This document shows, piece by piece, positions 24,758 through 38,259 of a DNA stretch of 64,000 nucleotides. Numbering within the stretch: position 1 is the first letter of the stretch; every line of letters begins with the position of its first letter. The stretch spans positions 6,634,001 to 6,698,000 of the forward strand of contig NC_042997.1 in the NCBI RefSeq assembly GCF_006345805.1. The letters are read 5' to 3'. This DNA comes from Octopus sinensis. Taxonomy: Eukaryota. The notes under the pieces are model-generated. The model was given only the letters and a program-made list of their open reading frames with translations. It did not search any database and was not told where the DNA came from. Made by a program: the position numbers and the translations under genes.

Positions 24758-24830
<73 letters not shown>

Positions 24831-25344
24831 TGAGTGTGTGTGTGTATTTACATGAATTTATACGTGTATATATACTTGTATATATTTATATGTATAAATA
24901 TATATGTGTTTATGAATATATGTATATGTATGAGTGTATATATATGTAAGCATTAGTAGTCCAGTGTTAGACATTTAATTTCCTTGTTATATATCTATGG
25001 AAACGCAACTACGTTGAATCAATGATGTATCTTTACATTTACAAAGAATCTAAGAAATTATCGATCTGAAAAATTTGTCTCCAAGTTGTCACTGGAACGG
25101 CAACAACAAATGAAAAGAAAAAGAACACCTTCAAATCACGTCTCTATAGTCAGAAGTTAAACCTCATTGGTCAATAAAATTCTTGATATACGTTGAAATA
25201 GATAGTCACAAAACTGTTCAATCATTGCCCAGTTGAGCGAAGCCACAACAACAATAACAAATATAAAAACGATATCACAACCAGAAGCAACAATAGCAAC
25301 AATAGTTGTACCAAAATCAGAAAGAACACCAAATTTTTCCTTCA

Positions 25345-25660
25345 ATATTGCCCGGAAACTATCTGGTTCCTATTAATATAACTATAATTTGATTTCACTG
25401 GTTGTTACATTGAACAAATTTTCCCACCTGGCAGAGCAATTACAAGGTGTTGAATTGATACAATATGTGTTCATTTTAAAACGACATCCAACCATATTAG
25501 CTGTGTTAAGTCTGTACTTTGTGCTCCTATCCTAAACCCTGGTTTGGCTTATTTGGAAGGTAGATTTCATCGGTTCCTCAGATTAGTACTGACGCCTGAC
25601 TCATTGAGTTCTTAGTTCTAACATGTTTTGGGGTATGCGGTTAGACAATAACTTCCCGCT
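25345..25660 (-). pseudogene. Degenerate RLE-domain remnant
   Basis: Reverse strand HTPKHV.., NKPNQ (cf. NKPDI), EIKIIVILIGT (cf. IxPIVIGxLG). Confidence 0.3.
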
Positions 25661-26046
25661 ATTGTTTTTACCATTGTTCACAGAGACTATGCAAAGTAAT
25701 CTAACTGTCATAAGTATGTTCCATGCACTTTACTCACGTGAAAAAAGTGGTCAAATTTACAACACAAGGATAGAATCTAATATAATCCTGCTTTCACTAA
25801 CACCAGTGTCTCACCGATCACACCTTCTTAGAATAAACCACAAGGAACAAAATTTTGAGGTGGCTGCAATTAAGTAACATTTTATATGTATTATATGTAG
25901 ATATGCATAAAATAGTATATGCACTCGCATACACACACATATATATAAAAATAGTTTTTTATTTATCTATATATCTATCTGCTGACTTATACATACATAT
26001 TGAAATTATATACGCACATATATGTATGTGTGTGTATGTATGTATA

Positions 26047-26104
<58 letters not shown>

Positions 26105-26228
26105 CATACACATACATATATATGTAAACTTTAATTCAATTGAAACTGTTTGGGGATTTTTAAGGTGAGATCTAAAATAAAGATATGGTTTTCTTTGTAC
26201 GCAAGTATCTTTCATTTCACACACACAC

Positions 26229-26318
<90 letters not shown>

Positions 26319-26326
26319 ATATGAAC

Positions 26327-26637
26327 ACTGGCATTACTTTGCTTACGACGATGAGGGTTCCAGGTGATCTGATCAAAGAAATACTCTGCTCGTGAAATTA
26401 ATATGACAGTGGCTTAGCACTCCACAGTCACGTGTATCTTTTACGTAATTCTGAGAGATTCAGTGTAACGCAGAATGTGACAAGGCTGGCCCTTTGAAAT
26501 ACAGACACTACACTAAGCTGAGTGGACGGGAGAAACGTGAAATAAAGTGTCTTGCTCAAGGACACAATGCGCTTCCGAGAATCGAACTCGTGACCATATG
26601 AACGTGAACCGAATAGACTACCCTCTAAGCCAAGCGA
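26327..26637 (-). mobile_element. tRNA-derived SINE (family C)
   Basis: Reverse strand head with GAGTTCGATTCTCGG (box B) then TGTGTCCTTGAGCAAGACACTTTATTTCAC core segment. Confidence 0.75.
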
Positions 26638-27636
26638 CTACACACACATACAAACATTTCTCTAACTATTACCTTCTCAATGGATGTTATTTAATTCTAA
26701 TTTTTTATAATTTTCTTTTCACACTTCACATATATTTAGTTAACCCATAAAACGAAGTAAATCATATATTTATTAAATTCTTGGAGAGGTCCCCAAACAT
26801 GATTTATATATAACGCCGAATAAGTTACGTTCAATAGTTATATCTAATAACTTTTTTTTTAGGTAAGGCTGATAATTTGGGAACTTCTTTGCTTATGGGT
26901 CTCTTTTCTCAATATTTCGTGTATATCTATTGATATGCGCACCTGCGTAAGCTTATATGTTTACACATCTTTCTATCTATCTATCTATATATCTATCTAT
27001 CTGTCTGTCTACACACGCATTTATACATATTTTCAAAGGTATATATGTGAGCGCGTATACACAGACGCAAATATATTCATATATATTCAACAGTTTAGGT
27101 CTCTGAACTCGTCCTGCCTAATAGAATGGTTAAAATAAGCAAAATAAGTTGCGTTAAAAGACTTAATTACTGAGAACGTCTGAAAGCTCAGCATCTCTAC
27201 TCTCTCCAAAGAGATTAACATACTATAATTTATGTATGGAAAATCCTGATATTTAGAGTTTCTCAGTTGTTCAACTACCTATCTAAAAAAATCAGGAAAA
27301 ATAAAAGGCATCGCTGATGAAGAATTAAAAAACAAGAAAAATGGATAATCATCTAACTACAATACCGAACCAGCCAACCATTCAATGATACAAACTCAGT
27401 CGAATAGTAACTTTCAGCGATAAAGCGACAACGAAATTGAAAGAAAATAAATCAAGACGGTGCTCCAGCATACTAGCGGTACTGCTACTAAAACCACAAA
27501 ATGTAAAAAAAAAAAAAATTAACACGTTCATACTAATGTACCAACTTGTAACTTAGTCTACATATGAGTGTGTGTATGAGTGTGTAAATGAATCTGCGTG
27601 CTGATCTGCTTCCTTGTTTATTTTCATATATATTTC

Positions 27637-27858
27637 TTTACAGCCCAGAAGGGGATAAACATAGAGGAGACAAACAAGAACAGACGAAGGGATTGAGGTG
27701 ATTATTACGCCCCCAGTGCGAAACTGGTACTTTATTTATCGACCCCGAAAGGATGAAAGGCAAAGTTGACTTCGGCGGAATTTGAACTCAGAACGTAACG
27801 ACAGACGAAATACCGCTAAGCATTTTGCCCGGCGCGCTAACGTGTCTGCCAGCTCGCC
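27637..27858 (-). mobile_element. Octopus SINE (family D), full length
   Basis: Reverse strand GGCGAGCTGGCAGACACGTTAGC...GAGTTCAAATTCC (box B)...GCCTTTCATCCTTTCGGGGTCGATAAATAAAGTACCAG; same family at 33465, 37920, 46372 and 60925. Confidence 0.85.
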
Positions 27859-28496
27859 GCTTTTTTTTATTTTCATATAGTAGCAAGTTAGTGGTACCAA
27901 AAGATTTGTTACTGATGTTACGGTCCACTGAAAATGGCCGGGACTCTAATCTGTCTTTAACTTGATCTTGTATTGGAACCCTATTAATCTATAATTTGTT
28001 TTCCTTCTCGGCACCTATTTTTTATCGCTCGCTGGTTTTGTTTTATCCTCTTCTTCTTCTACTTCTGCTTGTTCTTCTTCCTCGTCTTCGTCGTCGTTGT
28101 CGTCATCTTTTACTTTGTCCTCTTCTTCTGCTGCTGCTACTGCTGCTGTTTCTTCTGTCTTTTATCTTTTTTGATATTCTATACCAATGAGGTATATATG
28201 CCTGTTTAATCGTTTTGTACTTAATCATCTCTACTCCTTGCACTGCCTATGATGTATTTCTTCCCTCCCTTTCCATACCTATATTTTCTTCCTTTTATCA
28301 AATTTCTCTCGGCCTACTTTTCGTCGTGTTTTCTATAATCATACTAACGACTACAATTTATATGGCAAACTTATTGTTTAATATTATAATTTATAATGAC
28401 AGCTGTCAAGGCTAAAATATTGTATCGGTTGTTTTATGTAGCTGCACGTGTGAATAAATTACATACTAATTATAAAATTTTGTTGATTTTTCCTAT

Positions 28497-28534
<38 letters not shown>

Positions 28535-28535
<1 letters not shown>

Positions 28536-29220
28536 CGAGATCAAAGAAATAAAACCCACAGTATAGCCACTCTTAATAAAAAGGCATAATGATGGAATGT
28601 TCCAATGAAGACCTGAATAAAATGTTACTACAATATACCTGATATAAGGATTTGGGGTAAAGAAGAGAAATTTTGTACAGTTGTGAAAACTAGCTAACCA
28701 GCGGATATAAACATAAATGAGAATACCAACGTTGAACTACTGAGAAATCTGCGATTAGTCTATCAACATTACAGGATTAAGTTTATACCTGTAATTATTG
28801 CGGCTCAGGGATATGTAACTCACTGCCTAAATACCAATCTTCAGAAATCAGGCTCCACAAAACCAGGCAGGAGAAAGCTAGTTCGAATACTACAGAGTCA
28901 ATCCTTCACTGGAGCTATAAAAATCTGGAAAATTTTCCAAAAGTTTATCATCTACATATATATGAGCAAGTCTAGATATGCAACTATATGCATGAGAATA
29001 CGTGCATAAAGAAAAATATACAAATCCGCACATATCCCTCCATCCATACATACTTACATTGATCCATACAAACATCCATCCATCAATCTAGCCATACATA
29101 CATACATACATACATACATACATACATACATACAGAAAGACAGACAAACAAAAATACTGTGTTGTTGATGTTGAATTTCCACTGAAAGAACAATGATTCC
29201 AGGTTAGAAACTGGTTCTTT
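28535..29220 (+). mobile_element. 3' end of an RLE non-LTR retrotransposon (third family)
   Basis: WNVPMKT*IKCYYNIPDIRIWGKEEKFCTVVKTS*PADINI..ELLRNLRLVYQHYRIKFIPVIIAAQG (PD..D/E RLE motif); 3' region contains (CATA)n. Confidence 0.7.
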
Positions 29221-29264
29221 CACGACTGGGATGAAATATTGAAATAAAACTGAACAATGACATG

Positions 29265-29275
29265 TATGTGTATAT

Positions 29276-29333
<58 letters not shown>

Positions 29334-29614
29334 GTATGTATATATATATGTATATACATATATATATGTGTGTGTGTGTGTACGCCTATATATCGTTCCA
29401 ATTATGTTAAAATTTAGTATGTGCAATATATATATATTTGCTTCCAATAACTGGTTCTTTTGGTCAAACTATCATATCTCTTGCTGCTTTAGATGTCAAG
29501 ACATTGAAAATTGTGAAAGTGTAGTACAACGGTTTTGCTATGCGATGGTGAGACATATTTTATCGTTTGCTGAAAAAGAAACGTTTTGGACTTTTTACAT
29601 AATAGCAAAGTCAT

Positions 29615-29647
<33 letters not shown>

Positions 29648-29877
29648 GGATATGTTTGTATGTATGTATATATGTATATATATATATATATATGTATGTA
29701 TATATGTATGTATATATATATATGTATGTATATATGTATGTATGTATATATGTATGTATATATGTACGTATGTATATATATATGTGTATGCATATATATA
29801 TATATGTGTAAGTATATATATGTATGTATATATATGTATATATATATATGTATATATATACATATATATATATGTAC

Positions 29878-29909
<32 letters not shown>

Positions 29910-29947
29910 ATGCATATATATATGTATGCATATTTATATCTATGTAT

Positions 29948-29978
<31 letters not shown>

Positions 29979-30012
29979 CTATATATATATATATTATATA
30001 TATATATATATA

Positions 30013-30054
<42 letters not shown>

Positions 30055-30080
30055 ATACATATATAATACATACGTATATA
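29265..30080. repeat. Compound TA/TATG/TG microsatellite region
   Basis: Direct reading; interrupted by ~210 bp of unique sequence (29395-29610). Confidence 0.9.
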
Positions 30081-30399
30081 ATAAAGGCAACTACTGAGTA
30101 CCTCCACGTGCTAGAAGTAGACTCCAAATGTTTCTAAAACTATTTAATTATCACATAGACAGGGTCTGAATGTGAGGCAATTGAACAAAAATTATTTGAA
30201 AAAGGTTTAGCCACAAATAAATTTCTAGTTTAGGAATATAAAACCCTTTACATCAACAGTATGACATAACTCAAAGTGCAGAATTATAATAATTTATACA
30301 TATCATACGAACATTACGCATCTAGTCAGCATATGCAAATTCTCACATTTAGATACAAGTTCAATGTAATTCGTATGTACAAGTTAAATCCAGTTTCAG

Positions 30400-31037
30400 C
30401 CGGTGTCTATAGCGAAGGCCAAGGTATTATTTTCAGTCGTGTTTGTTTGCTTCTCTATGAACAAGTTATGTCAAGAACCAATGGATGAATTCTCATAAAA
30501 CTTTCAGGGATGTTCGGCCTCGTTACTGGCACGAGCTCCATAGAATTTGGGATCGATCCAGTACCGAATTGGATTATTTATATATTTACTTTAATTTACA
30601 TAAAGTATTTCAGGATTTCTGCGATTATCTCCCTTATATTACATAGGGTGTCCCAAAAGTAGGTTTATCTTTTGTATTCAGATAATAAAAGTTTCGAGCT
30701 TAATTATAAAAACATATGAAACCATAATTCTATGCAAATTTAGTTAAGTGTAAGGCAGAAATTTAAATGTAATAGAATGTTTTAAAAGGTATTTAAAGTG
30801 CCTACGTGATAAATGTAAATCTACTTTTGGGTCACTCTACTATAAGGATGTTGAATTATTTACCGTTTTTTTTTTCATTATGTTAGAGAGAAGTTGGTTT
30901 CATTTTTAGTATTCTCGTTTGTGAGAGCAGTCAAGTTTATTTCAGATATTTTCATTCCAAAAATCATCTCTGGCTAATCGATGAGAGGATGTTGGTGTTG
31001 CCTTAGCGGAGATTTGCGCTCTCTGAGTGCTTTTGTT
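30400..31037 (+). mobile_element. Helentron-associated non-autonomous element (HINE/DINE-1-like), copy 1
   Basis: Homologous to 51597-51972; 3' CCTTAGCGGAG subterminal repeat, hairpin GCGCTC-TCT-GAGTGC (31016-31030), ends in T run; GTTTGTTTG micro-repeat near the 5' end. Confidence 0.7.
30644..30839. mobile_element. Tc1/mariner-type MITE nested in the HINE
   Basis: TIRs TAGGGTGTCCCAAAAGTAGGTTTA (30644-30667) and TAAATCTACTTTTGGGTCACTCTA (30816-30839), 21/24 complementary; absent from HINE copy 2. Confidence 0.75.
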
Positions 31038-31310
31038 ATAATTGCATTTCTAAATATATATACTTTGTATCCATTTTTACTTAAATAAATTATTACATGA
31101 TATCTACTTGAGAGAATTATATAAAGATTTCATACTTGATTTTAATGATAAATATGAACCACTTCAATCAATTTATTCACTGCTGAATTGTTTTGAAATG
31201 AACGAACTAGATTTAACTTTTATATAAATGTGAATATTTGTATATGCACTGCGGATGTATTGTGTTCGTATGGTATGTATAAATGTTTATAATTATGAAC
31301 TCTGAGTTAT

Positions 31311-31367
31311 GTCATACTGATGACGATGAAGGCTATTAAATCCCTAAACTTGAAATCGGTCTATGGC
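31311..31367 (+). ncRNA. Degenerate minimal hammerhead ribozyme (PLE-type)
   Basis: GTCATA-CTGATGA-(cgatga aggctattaaatccctaaactt)-GAAA-T CG G-TC-TATGGC; 6-bp stem I GTCATA/TATGGC, GAAATCGGTC close to GAAACCGGTC; stem II poor. Confidence 0.45.
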
Positions 31368-33464
31368 TAAAAAATCCTTTTTCTAAATGTCCCTCGCATT
31401 CAACCCGTGTCTGTGTGATAAATATGGTAGTTTCTGAGCCATATGTCATCTAGTTCTAACATTAGGCGTTATTCAGTACTTGTCCTTCTTATAAATAAAA
31501 TATTAAAATGATATACTTTGTATTAATTTTCAACTACATGGTTTATTCCATTATAGCTACTTGATAAAAAATTCATATAGATTATATCCTTCATGTATAT
31601 GTGTGTGTATGTGTGAGAGTATTTGTGTGTGTACATACACACAACATTCCTGTTAAATATGCTCGGAGTATATATTTACGTTCAAAACATTTAATCAAAT
31701 ATGGGATATAGTACTATTTAAAAAAACTTCGAACAATCTCACTCTTCCTAGATTCAATAAATATCATATTTTCAAATATTTGCCTTATCTGTAGGTGCAT
31801 TCTCGAATCCTTTCCATGAAATTATCGATTTAAAATTTTTGATGAAATCTGTAGCGTCAATACCAGTCTATAAATTATTGATTAAAACAAACTTTTAATT
31901 AATTAAACTGAAAGACCATTATTGAATATTTCTTTTTATTGCATACGCACATGCATGTATATATATATATATGTATGTGTGTGTGTATTAACATATATAT
32001 ACACACACACATATATATATAATATATATAGATCTATATATGTGTATGCGTACACACACGCATATATATGTATTTATATATACATTAACACACACAAAAA
32101 TATATGCATTTACTCACACACGCACAGACAAACACACAAATACACACAAACATACGTGTATATACATAGCCTAAGTAAACCTTATCACAAATATCTATTT
32201 ATGAAGTTATTTCTCAAACATAAAAAATAACGTAAGTTCGTATCATGAAATTAAATCAAATTGTTTGTGTATATTTTATTCGTATATTTTCTCTATTCGT
32301 GTTATACTAATTTTGTTTTCTTTCTACCGAATTTAGTTTTAGCTTTCATATAAGCACAACGTTTAATCATTCGAAAATTAAAATCATGGCACTTCAGAAA
32401 TAAGCAATATATAGATGCTAATGTTTGAAAAAAAGGAAACATATATTATATCTGTTTTCATCTATAAAACGATTTCCGAATGTTATTATTCCATGAATGT
32501 TGATATATACCTTGAAATTTATAGTATATTTACCTTAAAATAACTAGTGACTTCAAACATTACATAATTAAGCTGTGTGTGTGTAAAATGTGAAATGGAG
32601 TAAAAGGAAATATTTCACTCACAACTAATATAAAAGTGATTATTTGAAATTCATCCAGGACGAAATAACAACATAAAACTCAAATTATAAAAAAATTGTT
32701 GTTAAAGTTGTATCAATTTTGAAACCAATAAACTTTCGTTACAATTCTACTTCTTTTGAAACTGTGCAATCATTATATTTAATTCAAATGCTGTGAAAAT
32801 GATGATTCAATTCATACATATTAGAAATATTTAATAAAGTATTCATAATATATATTCTTGCAAACAACGTATGCCATGAGTGAAACTTGTATTTGTGAGA
32901 TCACTGGCTGCAAATAATCTTGTTATCTTTGTGGAAGTTGCTGTTGTTTAGTCTCTGATACCACATTATTGAGTAAAATTATCACCAAAAATTTTCTTAA
33001 CACAAAACATTATTTGGATTCCATGCGTGTATTTTTCAGTTTCAATGATTGCACGGTATTCTTTCAGGTTAAAACTGCTGCAATTACTAGCATATCAAAC
33101 AGTCACAAAAATTATTTTCTTATTCAATTTGGAAATAGTCCTATTAACATATTTTAGCGAATAGAAACCACTGGAAGTCGACTATGACAAAAACCAATAT
33201 TATGTCATTCATCTTGCAATCAGTTTTTTAAACATGGTTCGATATTTATTCATAGCAAAAGATTTATTTCATATGTATACTCATTGAATCATATCTATTC
33301 TACATATAAAATGCAAAACACGTCACTCGAACAATCTCAAAGTATTGTATTATGTTATAATTTATAGCAAACATCTTTCAGTTTGGTATGTTTGTTTAAG
33401 TTCTTAAAATATTATACAATTATCGGTATATTCATAGTATCAAAATACCATTTCTTAATAAACC

Positions 33465-33610
33465 TTTCTACTATAAGCACAGAGCCTGAAATGTGTGGTA
33501 GGATGGAAGAAATCGATTAGAACGAGTCCAGTACGCAACAGGTGCTTAATTTATCAACCCCCGAAATGATGAATAGCAAAGTATACCTCGGTAGAATTGA
33601 AATCAGAACT
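33465..33610 (-). mobile_element. Partial SINE family D
   Basis: TTTATCAACCCCCGAAATGATGAATAGCAAAGTATACCTCGGTAGAATTGAAATCAGAAC aligns to 27734-27794. Confidence 0.65.
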
Positions 33611-33654
33611 TTCAAATTAAGTACCATTTCTAAATAACGAAGCAGCCATGATAT

Positions 33655-33703
<49 letters not shown>

Positions 33704-33739
33704 ATTCATGTGTACGTAAAGAGATATTCAGATATATAC

Positions 33740-33787
<48 letters not shown>

Positions 33788-34854
33788 TTATATACTGACA
33801 CACAACACATTCATATGTATATCTGTTGAGAAAATAAATTTCTCATTCTCAGTTTCATGTTTCCACATTCCCATGATATTTCCCGCCAGTGAAAACCATC
33901 AAAACGCTATAGTTACGTAATCACGGTACTTTATTTATTAATTCTTTTTCAGAATTTGATAATTTTTTTCAAGACATCATTTATAATTAGCAATAATATA
34001 TATTGAAGATTATGCTGGAATAATGATAATTTTTATAATAAATTGCAATTAAAAACAAATACATTCATACCTCTTACATAAATATATATATACACATAGA
34101 TAGAAAGAGGAAGAGAGTGTTGAATGGGGTAGAGTTTTATGCACGCAAATAGTAGCACGCAAATACACTTACACAGTTATTTTTGAAGTCGATCGATTAT
34201 CAAGTACTGATTTCTTTACCTTTTAAAACGTGTTCTTTATTATAAATAAACATCAAAGACATTGATATAAAAATGGACCATTTTAATAGAATTTCGAACT
34301 AAACTTCACTATTTGTCCGGAACATATATTCAGACTGAAATATATAATTTTTATTGATCATCTAATTTTCTCTACATAAATAGTTATTTTAATGGTTCGT
34401 TGTCTATTGGCCAAATATCGTTTTATTCAAATAGGTATTGAAATAATTTATTTACTTTAAATGAACTAATGACAAACACTGAAGATAAATTTGTATTTCA
34501 CAGACAATTCAAGTAAATTTAGCGTATCACATTTATATGCATATAAGTGTGATGATAACGCTGTTGAATAGTTCCTTGCATAATAGAATGTAATTGTGGA
34601 ATATTCGTCTAAATTGTTATTGAAACAAATGAGGATAAATGGAATAAATATTTGATTGCTGCAAAACATGGTCAATTAGTATATATCTGAATTTAAAGCC
34701 GAAAATAATATAAATGATTTCTGAATGATTGTACATTTATTATATTCTTTTATTTTTGTATGAATATTCTATGTAACTAATGCGTTTTCGTGTATGCATG
34801 TACATGTATCTATCTATCGATCTATATCTATAATTATGTATATATCTATAATTA

Positions 34855-34929
<75 letters not shown>

Positions 34930-35495
34930 AGCATAAATATGTTCGTACAATATACCGAGATATACAATTCATGATTGACAAATATAGATGACTAACTCTG
35001 AAAATGAACATTATATAATACAAACGCATGCGAGACCAACACCGTGTGAAATCAATCACCTGGAAATAGTAGCCAAATAACACTTAGCAACTAAGAAAGC
35101 AACACATTTATTAAATTGCTTCCGGGCTTCCTGAAAATTAGAAAAAGATGGGTTGTTGGCGGCTAGAAAAATCTTTGATTGTAGATCACTCAGATCAGAG
35201 CGGATGTAATGCTAAGCAACAACAACAACAACAAATGCTACAACTACTATCGCCACTACAGCAACCGCGGCAGCAACAAGAGCAGCAAAATCAACAAAAG
35301 CAACGTAGAGAACAGCATCAGCAAGGGATATGTGCTACGCTTATCCTTTCTGTATGCAATCTTTGAAATTGAGAAACTCACATGCCTGGAAGTGATATGA
35401 AATGAAAACAAATATAATTTAATATTGGTTTTCTTTTACAATCCAATATCTCTCCAAAATTTTGCTTAACTAAGGAGAAAATTTGTCACGAATGT

Positions 35496-35533
<38 letters not shown>

Positions 35534-36594
35534 TTCGGTGCATACACACCGGCACATATATTTACACACGAACACATGTACAGACACATACAGACATACT
35601 GGTTCATTTCTTTCTTTTTTTCTTCTTTTTTTTTAAAGGAATGGCAAATCAACATACACAGGTGTGGAATATTGAACAGTTAATCGGCAGCAAGTTTTAC
35701 ACATATTTTGTAATTTATATCTTAACAAGTATTGCAAGTTAAATATTAGTTTGTGTATAACCCCTTTGAGCAAGGTCATTTTGCAAGGTGAAATTAGCAT
35801 CAGTTAATCTAACATTGTCCTTTGCTCCAGTGTTAGCATATAATATGCCATCAAACTATTGCATTAGATTATAAAACATCACGTAAAATCGACCTATATA
35901 TTTAACAAAATCTTTCTATATAATTTTTTTGCAAAATGCATTTAAAATATTTTCCCAGTGTGTAAGCATGCGATGATATTTACTATTCGATGGAAAATTA
36001 ATCTAATATGCCAGAGTTAAAAACGCAAATTCATTATTTTTGTGTGGATGTCCATGATTTTTTCTTATTATCCTACAACACCATATTGCTACAGACTTTT
36101 ATTAGATTAACATTGAATATTATCATATCACATGTTATCACACCATGAATGTTATTTTATGTTCACAGATATAGTCATAAACTCAAGAATATGATGCTTA
36201 ATTTGTGGTGCGATGCGTCCATAATTTCAGATAATTAATTGTATGCAATTCAGTAATACAATACATTGTACAATAGTAGGCGTATAGTACAAGGTAAATA
36301 TTTTCATATTATCCAAGACTGATTAGAGAACGGGAACAAATAAGTTTTCAATCGGAGACTAGGCCTGAATGTTTTTAACTCCTTTGTCTTCTCTAATGTT
36401 ATGTAATCTCTTTGTTAATGTTGTTATAAGGAATAACAATCCAAGCATCTTATCCAGTAAAGAAAAACTTCGAAATAGAAAGCTTCCTACAGTTGTACCT
36501 AAAATGATTAAAGTACGCTGGACAAATTTAGTGTAAATTATGAATACCAATCTATCTGTCTATCTCTCTATATATATTCATATATGTAGATTAA

Positions 36595-37060
36595 CCGTGG
36601 GTCACCAATAGTTCAAGGTACCCGAAATAAATACGTATTTCGAGAATCCGTGGTCCAATTTGCGCAAAACATCTTTTATTCCAGGAGTATTCACAATTCA
36701 TTGGTACCTTACTTTCAAAGCCTTTTCCACATTAAACACCGGTTTGGCTATTTATACAGATACCCGAACAACCACGTATCTGGGCAACTCGTCGTCCCAT
36801 TTACGCAAAAATTTTATTCCCTTTGTATTCACATGAGCATTCGATTCATGACGTCTCTTGCTTTTATTTCTTTTCCTATGTTTCCCGAGACGCCCAGCTC
36901 TCTGAGCATCCGATTCTTGATCTATCCTGATTCTGTCTCTTTCTCTCTAAGCCAAGAAATGCGCAGATCTTGCTTTATCAGTCTCATTGATCTTTGTATT
37001 CGCATGCGTACCCCGCTATTAGGTAAATATATCGTAAATGACACGTTCCTACTTCGATGT
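36595..37060 (-). mobile_element. Possible LTR plus primer-binding site of a Gypsy-like element
   Basis: Reverse strand TATAAATA, AATAAA, then TGGTGACCCACGG (PBS-like); internal ~55-bp direct repeat (36618-36670 versus 36760-36812). Canonical TG...CA termini not clearly seen. Confidence 0.3.
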
Positions 37061-37919
37061 GAAATTATTTTTTCCCCCGGTTTATTATTTTTTCCAGCAG
37101 AAATAGCAGGCAGGTCTTTCCATGTGAGATACGTTAAATGCACTCGGAAAATACCTATGGAAAATATATTATTTCACACCGAGGTTACAAACCGGTCTTT
37201 TACGAAATGTTTTCCGTAATCTTTTTAAAGTCTTTTTCACATTAAAATATTTAATAAATATGCCAAAAGTTTTTGTAAATGTATTCACTTGAAAATACTT
37301 TAAGATAGCATTAAAATATTGCCTGTTTAAAGAAAGCTAAAACTAATATATAAATACTTGCTGCAAAAACAACTTATATTTAGATATCGCATTCAATTCG
37401 ATATATTTCTAAATGGCTAAAATATTGTGTTTAACAGAAGAGAAAATAGAATCATATTGTATGATAAGCAACTCGTATGTTTTAGTTGGCAAGTTATTCA
37501 CTAATAGGTCTAATCGAAAGGTTATATGTTCTTCCATTTCAGGGTTAAATCATTTTCGGAGTATTTTCACATTATGTAGCCTTTGGGTATTTATACCCCA
37601 ACACCCTAATATATTTAGAATCTGCTATCCGATTTACATGAAACTTCCTTTATTCTGTTTGCATTCACATTTCAGGAGGTCTTAATTTATAGTATATTCC
37701 AATTTGGCTGTGTAACATTGGAAGTAAACAAGTAAGATTGAAGTTCATTTTTAATATAATATAAGTTAATATAATATAATGTATGTATGTATGTATGTAT
37801 GTATGTATGTATGTATGTATGTATGTATGTATGTATGTATGTATATAGGTGGTATTTCAAATATCTGCAAAAGAAGCACACTCTAAAACATTATAGCAGT
37901 AAAATATTTATAACAGTAA

Positions 37920-38135
37920 GGCGCCGAGCAGGTAGAAACGTTAGCACGCCGGATAAAATGCTTAGCGGTATTTCATCTGTCTTTACGTTCTGAGTTCAAA
38001 TTCTGCCAAGGTCGACTTTGTCCTTCATCCATTCCAGGTCGATAAATTTAGTACCAGCTGCGTACTGGGGTCGATCTAATCGACTGGCCCCCGCCACTAA
38101 AAATTTCGGGCCTTTTGTCTGGCGTAGAAAGGAAT
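37920..38135 (+). mobile_element. SINE family D
   Basis: GGCGCCGAGCAGGTAGAAACGTTAGCACGCCGGATAAAATGCTTAGCGGTATTTC...GAGTTCAAATTCTGCC...GGTCGATAAATTTAGTACCAG. Confidence 0.85.
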
Positions 38136-38150
38136 ATATATTATGGCAGT

Positions 38151-38259
38151 TTGATAGTCGTGAGCGGTCAGACAGTGACCATTCTTTTCGCACCTATGGA
38201 GCGCTTAGCAGAATAAGTAAAAAACGAATGGTCACTCTCTGACCAGTTATAACAATCAA
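38151..38259. repeat. Imperfect 109-bp hairpin (47-bp arms)
   Basis: GGTCAGACAGTGACCATTC pairs 18/19 with GAATGGTCACTCTCTGACC; arms extend to TTGAT/ATCAA. Confidence 0.8.

Noticed and set aside
35148-35366. Poly-Q ORF (72 aa)
   Set aside because: Degenerate (CAA/CAG)n tract following a repeat tail; no splice or domain support.
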